From contig OX597815.1 in assembly GCA_951406725.2 (NCBI GenBank), positions 175,832,001 through 175,896,000 of the forward strand: a stretch of DNA of 64,000 bases. Direction: 5' to 3'. Source of the DNA: Octopus vulgaris (Eukaryota). The notes under the pieces are model-generated. The model did no database searches. It was not told the DNA's origin and saw nothing but the letters and a program-made list of their open reading frames with translations. This document shows positions 1 through 13,221 of this stretch, in pieces. Position 1 is the stretch's first letter. Each line of letters begins with the position of its first letter. Both the position numbers and the translations under genes were made by a program.

Positions 1-1117
1 TCTACCGTTGGTAAATGGAGTTGCTGGAACAACACCGCTTTCCTGCTTAACCATGCTCGAAGCACCAAAATAAACTTATAATTAGCGGAAGTCAACTTAA
101 AATTAGAACAAAACGGATGCCAAGTAGTGTGATCTGATGACCAAAGGATGATTCATCGAAAGATATGCCAACCATGCCATCCCACTTCGAGATGAAGAGA
201 AAACTATTTCTACAGCATCATTGAAATATATCGGAGATTTAATTGGAGAACTAAAGAGAAAAGTAGGCCATGCAACAGTGGAACAAAAAACAAAACAAAA
301 AAAAAAACAAGCAAAAAGAAAGTTCTTTAAGTATTAAGGTCAAAATTAATACATTGCAATATACAAAAGATTCTAAAGATTTAAAAATTTCTAAACATTT
401 CTGAGTATTTGTCGAAGTAATCTTTACTTCGACAAATGCTCAGAAAATTTTTCCAAATTGTACAATTTCTGATATCCTACAAATCCTGCAGTTTAATAAT
501 TTATTCTATATCTCAATTCCTAGGACTTTTTAACCATAATCTTTATGTTTCCATGAAAGTATTCTATTTTCGAATTTAGATTAAATTTCTCCATAACAAT
601 GCACTCATATTTCTTTTACTTTCCTGTATTCTTATATTGCAAAGTGCTCTGATTGCACACTCTTCCAATCCTATTATATTTTTTCTATCTTTTACGAACT
701 TAATTCCAACTTGTACGCTTAAAAACATCTCTTGAATAGTATTAGATATAAATTTACATCAAAGTATCACAGTGTCGACCAGACCATCAGATGCTGTTTT
801 ACACCGCTGATTACAATGCGCTTCTAATTCTATCTTGATTGCCTCGTTCTTTTCCATCTCGACCCAAATTGCCTAACTAGATTGTTTTTCGATCGTCGTG
901 GGGAAGCGTGCTTTCTAAATGGCTTTTCTGATCTCTTAGATAACACTCGGCAACTGTAGGGGTCCACCTATTGCCTGTGAAACTTGAAACACATTCGGCC
1001 CGGTGGAATTGTGCTTTTAGTGTTCTGCAATCACATCTAAGTTAAGTTACTTTTTAATAGAAAAACCCAACACGCTTTCTTGAGTGTTTATTAAATAATA
1101 ATGATAATGATAATGAT

Positions 1118-1149
<32 letters not shown>

Positions 1150-1152
1150 ATG

Positions 1153-1192
<40 letters not shown>

Positions 1193-1193
<1 letters not shown>

Positions 1194-1525
1194 TAGTGCA
1201 TGCATATACAGCTGCGTGCGTGCGCACATACACGCGAGTACTGTCCAAATTTCCGACCAATCACATACAGCTAGCTGGCATCCAATTGGCGTATCAAGTT
1301 CCGGGCATTTTGACTGGGTTTTGGATAGAAAATTCACAAAAAAGTCACTTCTATTGACTTATTTAATCGCTTTGCAGGGTGACTGGGGAAATGTAAAGAT
1401 ATGCACGACCACCCTTGGACGGTTTTGAATGACCATAGAAAGTGCGAGACCTCTAACTGAAAAATTGTGGATTTGTATAAAGGACACATACAGCGACAGA
1501 CATTTTGCCTTTTATATATATAGAG

Positions 1526-1526
<1 letters not shown>
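1193..1526 (-). mobile_element. Non-autonomous Helitron
   Basis: Minus strand begins A|TCTCTATATATATAAAA and ends ...gcatgcaCTAG|T (AT target, TC...CTAG termini). Confidence 0.6.
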
Positions 1527-1587
<61 letters not shown>

Positions 1588-1589
<2 letters not shown>

Positions 1590-1928
1590 GGCGGTTACAA
1601 TACCAGTGATCGTAGGAGCACTAGGAATGATCAAGAAGGGAACCGAAAATTATATGAGAATGATCCCTGGCTTACCATCCCTGCAAGAAGTGCAAAAGAT
1701 TGTCTTAACTGGTACATCACACGTATTGAGAAGAGCATTGTCGATGTGAGAACTGTTGCTGCTCATGTATTTTAATTTAACTTTAAAAAAAAAAAAAAAA
1801 AAAAAAATGAACGAACTACTGAGTTTGGTTTAATGGCCTACCAATATACACTATGAGTTTCTTTGCCCTAGGAGTCGGGAAGACACTCGGCAAGAAATGG
1901 AAGAAAATTTGAAAGAAGAAAAAAAAAA

Positions 1929-1929
<1 letters not shown>
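1588..1929 (+). mobile_element. 5'-truncated R4/Dong-type (RLE) non-LTR retrotransposon 3' end inserted in (TAA)n
   Basis: Translation TIPVIVGALGMIKKG...IPGLPSLQEVQKIVLTGTSHVLRRALSM* resembles the C-terminus of R4-clade ORFs. A-rich tail; (TAA)n on both sides. Confidence 0.75.
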
Positions 1930-1958
<29 letters not shown>

Positions 1959-1961
<3 letters not shown>

Positions 1962-2494
1962 GCCCTGATGCAGTACCAGGCAGTGGCTCTCATGGCTTCT
2001 GATCTTAACTGATTGGAAGTGTTATCATGTACATTGTTTTGTCTTGGTATAAAAGATGGGCTACAGCAAATATTCTGCTCAATACCACAGATTTGCTTGT
2101 CAGTTGTTTGACCTTAACCAGTTGAGCATGTCCCTTATTGGCTGACGATATGTGCATCTCTTATCACGAGCAGAAGTAGTGGGGGAGCATCATAGCCATG
2201 TGTTGAGGGGGATTCTTTGGGGTTTGAATAATTCACCTCTGGAAACATGGGTGGTTCTTTCAACATCCTTATTCAGGGACCTTTTGAGCGGGATGGGCTA
2301 CTCGACCTGAAGAAAATTCTAACTGGGCCCCACCTGCAAGGTCATGCGCTGTTTATCTTGATATGAGATCACCATGTCGCGCACATATGGTTGTGATGCA
2401 TGTGCCTTATCAGACGGGTAGACATGATGGGTATATTGGGCTTCGTTTATTTCACCCCAGTGTCACTTTGATGGCATGAACTGCTCTCTCACTC
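1959..2494 (+). mobile_element. ~535-bp (TAA)n-associated retroposon (SINE or LINE 3' UTR)
   Basis: Homologous partial copies at ~7290-7595 (+) and 31266-31609 (-). All end at ...ctctcactc or similar followed by (AAT)n. Confidence 0.75.
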
Positions 2495-2889
2495 AATAAT
2501 AATAATAATAATCACAATAACAATAACATATGTGTGTGTGTATTAATATCGAGACGCATGGCGTTCAGTTATTCCATAAATGAAAAATGCATTAAATACT
2601 ACAAAACTTACACTACAACGGACACAGAAGGACCCTAATGCTTTATGAGTTATCGACGAAAATTACTAATACTCAGTTTCGCGCCTTTAACGATAAGACC
2701 GGGAAACTCGTATATAAGCGGCAGCCGCAAGATTTGCGTAGATTTGGGGCTCGAGCAGAGAAAACGATACAAGGTGGACGTACGAATGTGAAGAAACATA
2801 ATTTGAAACGATAGACGAAGACAATAAATAACGTCTTTCGGCCCAAAACGACATTGATGGATTAACGCCTGGAAGAAATCCTCAAATGG

Positions 2890-2927
<38 letters not shown>

Positions 2928-3062
2928 ACGTGTGTTTGTCGATGTGGATAAATTTGTATGTATATCATTGTGTGAGGGTGCAAGTATATGAGTGTGTGTA
3001 AATAAATGTATGTATGTATATATAATACACACACACACATATATATAAGTATATTATATATT

Positions 3063-3106
<44 letters not shown>

Positions 3107-3147
3107 CATATACATACATATATATACATATATATATACATATATTT

Positions 3148-3235
<88 letters not shown>

Positions 3236-4340
3236 CATACACACACACACACACATATATATCACAGAAATGAAACCACCACCAGAAACGCATGCGCGTA
3301 CCCCTTCCCCTCTTCTAATGACATCTTTATCTGCAAGACTGATATAGTTGTTAATTTATACCGCCGTTATCTGATTCGTTTGGGAAAAGAAATAGACAGA
3401 ACGTCGCCACTTTTAACAATTTAAATCTAATTTTCGACGTATTGCTATAAATATGCAGACATGCAAAATGGATTTCACTTCATATTGTGAATTGTGCTGA
3501 CGGAAATGCTGAAGATCATATAAGGAAATCCTTACATAACCTACCTTTCGAGAATCACCGAGAGTCATGTAAAGGTGCTAAAAATAAATAATTTCCTATC
3601 ATATCCTCCCCCGCTTGATTTATGTAGGTGTACACTTTGATTTTCGTAACCAAGGAAACCCATACGTAGAAATTTCTTGCAAGCACCTTCAATTATCTTC
3701 CTTTGTAAAATTTAAATTGCAGCATCTTGCGGTTTTAAAATCTCAAGGTCCTTAACGGCTCCGCCTTGGAGGGTTTCGTCGAACAACTTCAGCTGTTCAG
3801 TAATTGTTTTAAGCATGATACTTATTTTATCGTTTCTTCTTGTACAACCGCCAAGTTGCTGGAATGGGCGGTCGGGTAAACAAACCAACCCCGGTTGTCA
3901 AGCGGTGGTGTTGACAAATACAAACGGCACACACACACACTCACACGTGCGAGCGCCCATACGTTTCGACATCTGACGTGTGATAGGCTTTTGCACGTAT
4001 ACAGGCAAGATCGATTTGATGGAGAGAATGGGCTTATGTGCAACGCACACAAATATTTGATCATTGTAAACAAATCATGTGTGTGGCTTGTTCGGCAAGA
4101 AATTTCAGAGCCCACATCCGTCGTTTAACGGCAGCAGAGGCCATTACAGACACACACTCACACACACACACGCACGTTAATATCGAACGCTGAGAATGAG
4201 TGCTCACTATTTTCGTATTTGAATCCAAAATGGAGGCGAACACCGATGTTCCATGTGATTGGCTTCATAATGGTTGAGGCCACCACCCCCCTTAACATGA
4301 AACCAAGGGTTGCCTAAACGCATAAATATATATGTGTATA

Positions 4341-4403
<63 letters not shown>

Positions 4404-4559
4404 GGAAAGAGAAAGAGAGAGTGTGTACGTATTTGTTTGTGTGTGTGTGTATGTGTGTGTGTACAGTGAATTTTATGGGGTGTGACGAATCCAAATTTTG
4501 ACGCCCAGGCCTTCATCAAGAGATGTTGAAAGGAGAGAAATTAATGAGAGCAGAGTTTC

Positions 4560-5240
4560 ACTGCCTCTAATTAAAAAACAAAACAAAATAAATAAAACAA
4601 TTAAACTGGCTGCAATTAAGCAAATAGTAGAGTAAATACTAAAGATAAAAGAATAAATGCAGGAGAATAATGTTCACGAGTCAAATTTTTCGAGAGGCTA
4701 TGGATGTTGGTCGGTATTTGCATGAAGGTACAGGTCCTTAGTTAAAATCCCAGGCTAATCCAGGCGATATTTTCACAGTATTGTGAACGATTTATTCATA
4801 TTGTAAATTGACAATGCGTTGTGAACATTATCCCTCTGCTTATATTCTAGCTTTACTCTTTATTCTTCTATTTTATTCCTTTATTCGTCTATTTTATTCC
4901 TTATAAACTGTGAATTTTATTCCTTGTAAACTGCATATTTTCCCTGTCTAAAATATTCAAACCTTCTCTCTGATGACGGAATACCCAGTGCACGGACATG
5001 CTAACCAACCACTTAGATTATCCCAGTAATTCACCTTTAATCTGATTAAATTATTCTAAATGATTTGAGATACTCCTTCTGCCTTGATTTTTGATTTTTC
5101 TTCTAATATAATATATACCTGCTATAACGAAACCCTAACACAGATCCCTAGATCCAGCCTTAGCTGTGATCTTGGAACTTAACGGTCGACCAACTACACC
5201 ACCTACTCATTCGGACTTATTCGTTTAGATCACCAGTGAA
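4560..5240 (+). mobile_element. Probable degenerate Penelope 3' end / pLTR
   Basis: CTGATGA at ~4970 is followed by an atcccagtaat segment shared with the 26.8 kb HHR-like unit. A-rich decayed ORF-like sequence lies upstream. Confidence 0.3.
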
Positions 5241-5627
5241 CTAAACCCTTCATATTCTATACACACGCACACATATATGCAAATGCATATGTATGTGTGC
5301 ATGTATATATATATTTATCCCCCCTCTCTCTCTCTCAATATATATATATATCTTTTTTCTCTAGTTTCAGCTCAGAGCTGCGGCCATGCTGATGCACCGC
5401 CGTTATGTAAATATGTATATGATGTATACGTATATATATGTGTATAAATATTTTCTCAGTGTATATATATATATATATTTATATAGGGAGAATTTATAAA
5501 AAACAAAAGACGAAGACATGGGGTGTAGACAACAAACAGCGTATTAGACAAAATTAAAGAATAGAAAAGTATGAAGCCAACCAAAAGTCCTCTTCTTGGT
5601 CGGCAAATGCGCTGGATTCAACAACTA

Positions 5628-6490
5628 CGTTGTCTGATCAATAAGTATCCGGACTGTTGCCATAGTAACAAAGTTAAGGCACGCAGAGTGAAGCCGCTTG
5701 GCACAAATTGATCGTAGACTCTGTTGTGCATGTGCACAAAGTTTTAACGTTCTAGCTCACTTCCGCTGTTTACAGCAGTGCTTGGAAGGTGTGTAGCGTG
5801 TGATCATCGCATTGACCATGACAGAGAAAGTTGAGCAGAGACGCTGCATCAAATTTTGCCAAAAGCTTGGCGATACCTGCTCAGAGGCCTACGCACAGTT
5901 TTCAAAAGGTTTTCATCGTTCTCGACATAACCAAGGAGATCTTGTGTAAATGAAACCCGTGTGTCTTTTTGGTCAGCTGAAAGTTGTTTGGGCACAAACT
6001 TGGCAGACACGCATTTCATACCCAAATCTTCAGTGATAATGGACCATAACTAATCTGCAAATCCTCATGATAACTTACGGATGGTGATTCCACAATTTCC
6101 TCTCACAGCTGCATGCACATCTGCGATGTGTTTCTCATTTCTACTGGTTGAGGGTCTCCCAGAACGTTCGTCAATATCGACATTTTTTCGGCCATCTTGG
6201 AAACGTCTGAACCATATGTACATTTGTGTACGACTCATACACTTCTCTCCATATACTTTCTGCCACTTTGCGTAGGCCTCTGAGCAGGTATCACTGTGAC
6301 AACTTCCTCTCTCATGGTCAATGCGACGATCACATGCTACACACCTTCCTTCCAAGCACTGCTGTAAACAGCAGAAATGAGATAGAACGTGAAAATTTAG
6401 TGCGCATGCACAACAGAATTCAAGGTCAATCTTTGCTAAGCGGCTTTACTCTGCGTTCTGTAGCTTCGTTACTATAGCAACATCCAAATC
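5628..6490. mobile_element. Mariner-derived foldback element made of two inverted 5' ends
   Basis: TA-cgttgtctgatcaataagtatccggac terminus. The plus strand from 5818 encodes MTEKVEQRRCIKFCQKLGDTCSEAY. The minus strand encodes CSEAYAKWQKVYGEKCMSRTQMYIWFRRFQDGRKNVDIDERSGRPSTS and ITEDLGMKCVSAKFVPKQLSADQK (mariner HTH and WVPHEL-type linker). 5650-5895 is an inverted copy of ~6270-6485. Confidence 0.85.
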
Positions 6491-6494
6491 TCTT

Positions 6495-7262
6495 TGTTTT
6501 TCGAGCGCAGGGTGGGCATCCGTCAGTCGCGCTAAACTGACCAGATAGAGAAAGACAGGCAATTTTTGGTTCACCTTTTCTAGAACCTCCCCGGCTTCCT
6601 GGTGAGCAGTGCCCTCTCCAACTGGAGCTGCTCAGACACCCATGCAGCAACCGAATCATATCGCTGTGTTGGGCGACGAGGAGATGGCTTTATATCTAGC
6701 AAGGGCCGCCTACGTGCAGGTCACTGACTACATGCAGAGTTTTAGGTCCATTAAGGCTTGAACGATACCTCACAGACCCTCTCCACTTTATTGACAATAT
6801 CCAGAGAGAAGCCCGAGAGATATGTCTGGTGCCAATATGAGTCGCAGGCTCAGGGGAGTGGGAGCGCCATGATCTCTAGCATAAACCAAAGATCCCCAAA
6901 ATGTCCAATGGCATTCCCTGCATATCTGGTTTTATACCAGAGTGACCTTCTCCTAGAGACATGCTTCAACAGAAGCTGAGGGTTGCCTCACTCCCAGTTG
7001 TCTTCCAGCACGCCGGACACCATCTCGGAATTTCTGCCTACCTGTGTTATTGCTAGATAGTCGATGAGCCTGTACTAGGTTCATCCGACCTTTCAACAGG
7101 TCTTGTTTTTAATCTTACTGGGTTTCTAGCAACCCTCCTCACCAGGGTACCATGGTGGGGATGCCGGTTTAGTCGCCGACAACCCGACCATGCAACAGGT
7201 TGTACTGGATTCCGTGTTGCCAGTAGCACTTGTGAGAGCCTCATAAGTGACCTGACATACAT
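6495..7262 (-). mobile_element. Probable RTE-type LINE 5' region
   Basis: GC-richer block with gggttgtcggcgactaaaccggc on the minus strand, reminiscent of RTE 5' UTRs. It truncates the right end of the mariner element. Confidence 0.4.
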
Positions 7263-7289
7263 CAACCATAAGTCTTACGTTGAGACGAA

Positions 7290-7595
7290 TTCTTCGGGCT
7301 TTGAATAATTCATCCTAGGAAGCATGGGTGTTTCTTTCATTAACCCTAATCAACCCTTAATCAGGGACCTTTTGGGTGGAATGAGCTACTCGACCCGAAG
7401 AAAATTCTAACTGTATCCCACTTGGAAGGTCATACGCTGTTTATTTTGATAGATAATTTGTCACGCACATATGGTTGTGATGTAGTTGTCTGGTGTACCC
7501 TTATCAGACGGGTAGTCATGATGGGTATATTAGGCTTCGTATACGTACACCCCAGTGTCACTTTGATGCCATGCACTGTTCCCTCATTCAGTAAT
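7290..7595 (+). mobile_element. 5'-truncated copy of the 1959-2494 element
   Basis: Shared gaataattca..., cagggaccttt, gaagaaaattctaactg, ttatcagacgggtag and accccagtgtcactttgatg blocks. Confidence 0.75.
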
Positions 7596-8899
7596 AATAT
7601 ACATACATACATACATACATAGCAATGTACATATATTTTCATAAATAAAGTTGCTACTTTCCCCCCTACGATATGTAAATTTTGTTTGGATTGAAATAAA
7701 GGACATCAACGATTATTTTGTCTTCAATTTTAAACAAACGAATCGATGACACTTGAGCCTCTTCGGCCTTTGAGAAGATCAGACAAGTAATTCACAAGGC
7801 TGGCGATTTGCTTCAGTGGTTGTAAATGATGGTCTCCAACTGCATGGTTTTTTCAATGGAGATTTCTAATTCACTGAACTTCTACATTCATCTTTGCACG
7901 TTACTCATGTGAATGGTATTACTTCCGTAACCAACCTGTTGTCTTTTGCTGATGTCAGCCTGTACTCGCCATTCGTCAAGAACTCATAAACCAGAAGTTT
8001 TTTTTCAGTTAGAACTCATTATTTTTCAGCACAACAGCAACAGGATGAAGAGATGAAAAGATAGATGAAGAGCTGTTCTATCAACATGTGTAATTGTAAC
8101 GAACAATGTCAGTTAAACCAACAAAAACAATACTACTGTTGCAATACTTTCGGCATAGCCCGAATATTATCTCCAAATCTCAGATTATCACTGAAAGTTT
8201 CGCCTTTTATTTCCTTCAATAACTCGTCACAGAACGTATGCACTTAATTCCATTAATTGTATTTCTTAGACAAGAGAATAGTGCAAGTCGTTGCCTCAAT
8301 CATCGCTTAATCTATGAATTGGTCAAAGAAAGAAGCTACAATGAAGTATGCTTAGCAAAAGACAAACCGTTCAGAAACGGCAGTAAATTGAGTTAGTAAC
8401 ATCACTCTGAACATCCACAAGAATCGGTTCGTGTGAGAAGTTGGGTTTGTGCTTGTTCCGTCATGAGGCCAAAGATTTCCCATTTGTGAATGTTGGTTCC
8501 GTTTGCAAGTTGAGACAACTGAGTGGTGCAGTGGTGCAACCTCTGAAAAGCTTTTAATATAACCATCAGCGCCTAGAATAGCAATAAACGCCATGAAATA
8601 CTATGGGTGACTTAAATCGATTAGAACGTCACCGAAATGAGATCTATATCAATCATCTACAGAAATATATGAAACCAAATTATCTCTCGATAGAGTTTAT
8701 AATACAAGGTACGTTTGCTCTGCCTGTTGCGAAGTTGAGTCTAAAATTACTATATTCTCCTCTTATTCGGAGAAAAGTCGCCAGGTTCAACCATTGGGAA
8801 TAGGTCTAGTATTCCAAAGTCTATCTGTCACAGGCAAGGACGTAGCTTTGTTTTAACAACTTTGCATTTTTGTAGAAACAATGCAACCATTATCTTTAA

Positions 8900-9650
8900 C
8901 AGGAATTAAATAGTCGGGGACCATTCTCGCAGTTAGGTCGCGCGTAAGAGTTCCCTTTATTGTGTTTTGTGTAGATAGCTCATCAGCTATAATCTCCGAT
9001 TTAAATGTTATCTAAAAGAGGTGATTCTAAGAATTTTTATCGGCATCCAGAGTTCTTTTTATAATATTTCCCGCTCAAGTAGCTATATTTCTGTATCATT
9101 AAACCTGCCTAGAAGCCAGGGTATTTGCATTAAAGACTGTGTAGTCAAAACCTGGAAATGTGAACTGTCTACAATATTTATCGAAATTCATACCGGATTA
9201 TATATGCTTCGGAAAAACAAATCGAGATTTGTAAGGAAGTTGGAATTTTCTGAGAATCTCGTTAAAACATCGTCTCCTATTTCTCTCATACCACATATTT
9301 TAGGTGCCACGTTCGCCTCCAACAAACTTTAACGAGTGGAACCTCTAAAGTACTGTTTGTATGCGCCTGAAAAATAGCCAAACTTTGTGGTCCCTGAGTG
9401 GTGTACTCTTGTAAATTGGACTTCGGTATGCTATCCAGTCTACGAAAGATCATTCATTCCTGGAGATTCTTGACCTTCCTATAGCCTCACTGCAAGTCTT
9501 CGTGAGCAAGCCTGGCCAAATGTGGCAAAATTTTGTCCTTAGCTTGGTAAGTAATTTTCTACATTCAGGTAAGCTTTTTGTCATTGATCGGTTGCACTCC
9601 CCGTATCACAGAGTTTTGGAGTTCTGAGTTTTAGGTAATGTCCTTGTTTA
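8900..9650 (+). mobile_element. Old, highly decayed CR1-like LINE remnant
   Basis: LGATFASNKL (compare DLGVTFDSKL) and YE...LEILDLP-like fragments occur in the expected order. Confidence 0.3.
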
Positions 9651-10326
9651 ATGAAACTCGTCTCACAGAGTGGTACTACTGCCTGTGTTTCGGAGCCGAG
9701 GGCATTAAGTGTTTGGCATTTAAACCGATCATATCAAGGCCCTATTTTCTCCCATTCTATGATAAAACCGGCCATGTCTGGCCTCTCTCACTTAACCTAC
9801 AATGTCATTCTAAAAATAGGCAATCACATTACCAAAATCTAAAAGCTACAAGAGGATGCATGATTCATTTAAAGCAATGTGAATCAATAAGCCATACATT
9901 AGACAGAGTCATCTGAATAGCCGAAAGGTTAAGGGCCACCGAATATTGCTGTCAGCCAACTCAACTGAATATCCGACTGTCCGACAGTGAAGTGACGTTT
10001 GTGGCTGGAAGAGCAGCCACAAGTTTTGTTTGTATTGGTTTATACTACATTTCTGCCTTGGAGTCAATAAAAATGATACACCAGTGAGCAAGACAATAAC
10101 GGGAAACAGAATAGAAGACGAAAAAGAAAACAACTAAAGCCATAAAATAAACTATATATATAAAAAGAATACAGACATGCACACACACACTCACATCAAG
10201 GCGTCCGAGAACATAGAGACACACATTACAACAGAGAGGCGAACATCGATGCAGACAAGCACACAGACACATTGGTCCCCTGACACACCATCTTACATAA
10301 TGAAACATACGCCTGCGCGAGCACAT

Positions 10327-10357
<31 letters not shown>

Positions 10358-10889
10358 AGGAATCGTAAATAGAACGTACGTGTACAATCATGCGTACCCT
10401 CGAACGCACACACACATAGAGAGACACACGTTCACAGAAACTTAATTACAAGGTACATGTATACACACATACATACACGCACAAATACATATGCATACAC
10501 ACAAATACATATATATATATATGTGTATGCATGCATATATGTATGTATGTGTATATATTCATACAGACATATATGTATATCTGTCTGTCTATCTATCATA
10601 TATATGTATATACACACACACGCATACATAAATAAATAAATACATATATAAAAATATATACGTATATACACACATGTATATTGGTAAATATATATACATA
10701 CACATATACACACATACATATAGGCAGATATGCATATACATGCAAATACATTCGCATACACAGACAACCTCCCCACCCCACACACGCTCATATATATATG
10801 TCGAACACGATGAATAGAAATTGTTTTTATTTCAATTCATTGTATGATAATAAATAATACAGTAACAAGGACTTCTATTTCAACTTGTA

Positions 10890-11554
<665 letters not shown>

Positions 11555-11738
11555 AGAAGTTTTGGAGATGATGTATAGATATTATATATTAGAAGAAATG
11601 AGGTACTCAGAAATCTGGATGGTTTTATATTTACAGATATTTATTAATATGTTACATCTTTTTATACATCATATATCATATTTCATATATATAACAGTGC
11701 TTTCGTCCATTCTAGTGGAGCCTTTAAATTGAACTCTA

Positions 11739-11791
<53 letters not shown>

Positions 11792-11897
11792 CACATACAT
11801 ACATAAATAATAAAGATATTATTATCAATAAATAGATGATAATAATATAAGTCGCTAGCTAGCATAAAAACCAAAGAGGTAAATTAATAAAATTATA

Positions 11898-11989
11898 AGA
11901 GTACAAGATAGTGCTAGCGTTGCTAGAAATAAGAGTCGAAATATACTTCGACTCTTATTTCTAGCAACGCTAGTACTATCTTGTACTCT
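11898..11989. repeat. Near-perfect hairpin, 43-bp arms, 6-nt loop
   Basis: agagtacaagatagtgctagcgttgctagaaataagagtcgaa-atatac-ttcgactcttatttctagcaacgctagtactatcttgtactct. Confidence 0.9.
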
Positions 11990-11993
11990 GAAT

Positions 11994-12086
<93 letters not shown>

Positions 12087-12661
12087 ATGTATGTATGTAT
12101 GAATGTATGTGTGTATGCATGCTTGTATTAATGTTCATTTTTTATGCTCAGTTATAATAAAAACAATGTATCATTAACTTGAAGGGTCACTCTATATTTT
12201 TCTAGAGTTCAAATTTATTATTCTCAAACACGAATATTATTGACAGTAACTTCATAGTTTTGTCCACGTAAACATCTTCGGGCTGCGATGCATTGAAGTT
12301 AATGTTGGTCTTATAGTCTCTGTTGAGTTCAAATCTTCCTTGGGTGCATGGATAAGCGTGTGGAGTTTAGGGTGTGTCGTTATGGAGAGGTGTTTTGGGA
12401 AACTTTTTTATTGATTAAACTTGGGCTTATATTATTGCTTAGAATTTATTCATGTCTGTAGAAATTTGCGAGCAGTTGTGGATCTCTCCCTCTCTCTCAC
12501 ACACACGTACATATTACACATTTACATTCATACATCTGTGTATATGTGTGTTTGTATGCGTGTATATATATATATATATATATATATGCATGTATGTATA
12601 TATATATATATATACATACATATATATATATATATATATTGTTGGCTTACCATTTTTATCA

Positions 12662-12695
<34 letters not shown>

Positions 12696-13143
12696 ACATA
12701 CATAACAGGGAAGGCCGGTTTATGTATGCGTGTATATATATATACATGTATGTAGTATATATATATACATACATATATATATATTGTTGTCTTATCATTT
12801 TTATCAATATATATATACATACACACACACACACACACACACACATACATAACAGGGAAGGCCGGTTTATGGGATCAGCTTAGGTTTCTCGTCCATAAAA
12901 GGGTTAAGCTCTATGAACGCGGAACCTGAGGTAATACCATAAACCGGCCTATCCCCATTTCTAACATCATGCTTCTTCTTTCGGATTTATATTTTTTATA
13001 CAAACGATATATATATGTATACACATACATACACACATACACATACACATACATACATATATATATATATATCTATCTGAAAGGTAGAACAGAAAAACAC
13101 AACAAACGGAAACCGTCAAAACACAACATGCAAGAAAAGAACG

Positions 13144-13221
<78 letters not shown>

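Noticed and set aside
131-170. CTGATGA...gatgattcatc-GAAA hammerhead-like motif
   Set aside because: There is a 6-nt unpaired insert, an implausibly tight stem II loop, and no convincing stems I or III.
2825-2890. Minus-strand TTGAGGA...ggccGAAAgacgtta motif
   Set aside because: The core is mismatched and the helices are not supported; at best a very decayed HHR.
7090-7262. HDV-like ribozyme at the putative RTE 5' end
   Set aside because: Expected from RTE biology, but I could not assign the nested double-pseudoknot helices by eye; it needs a descriptor search.
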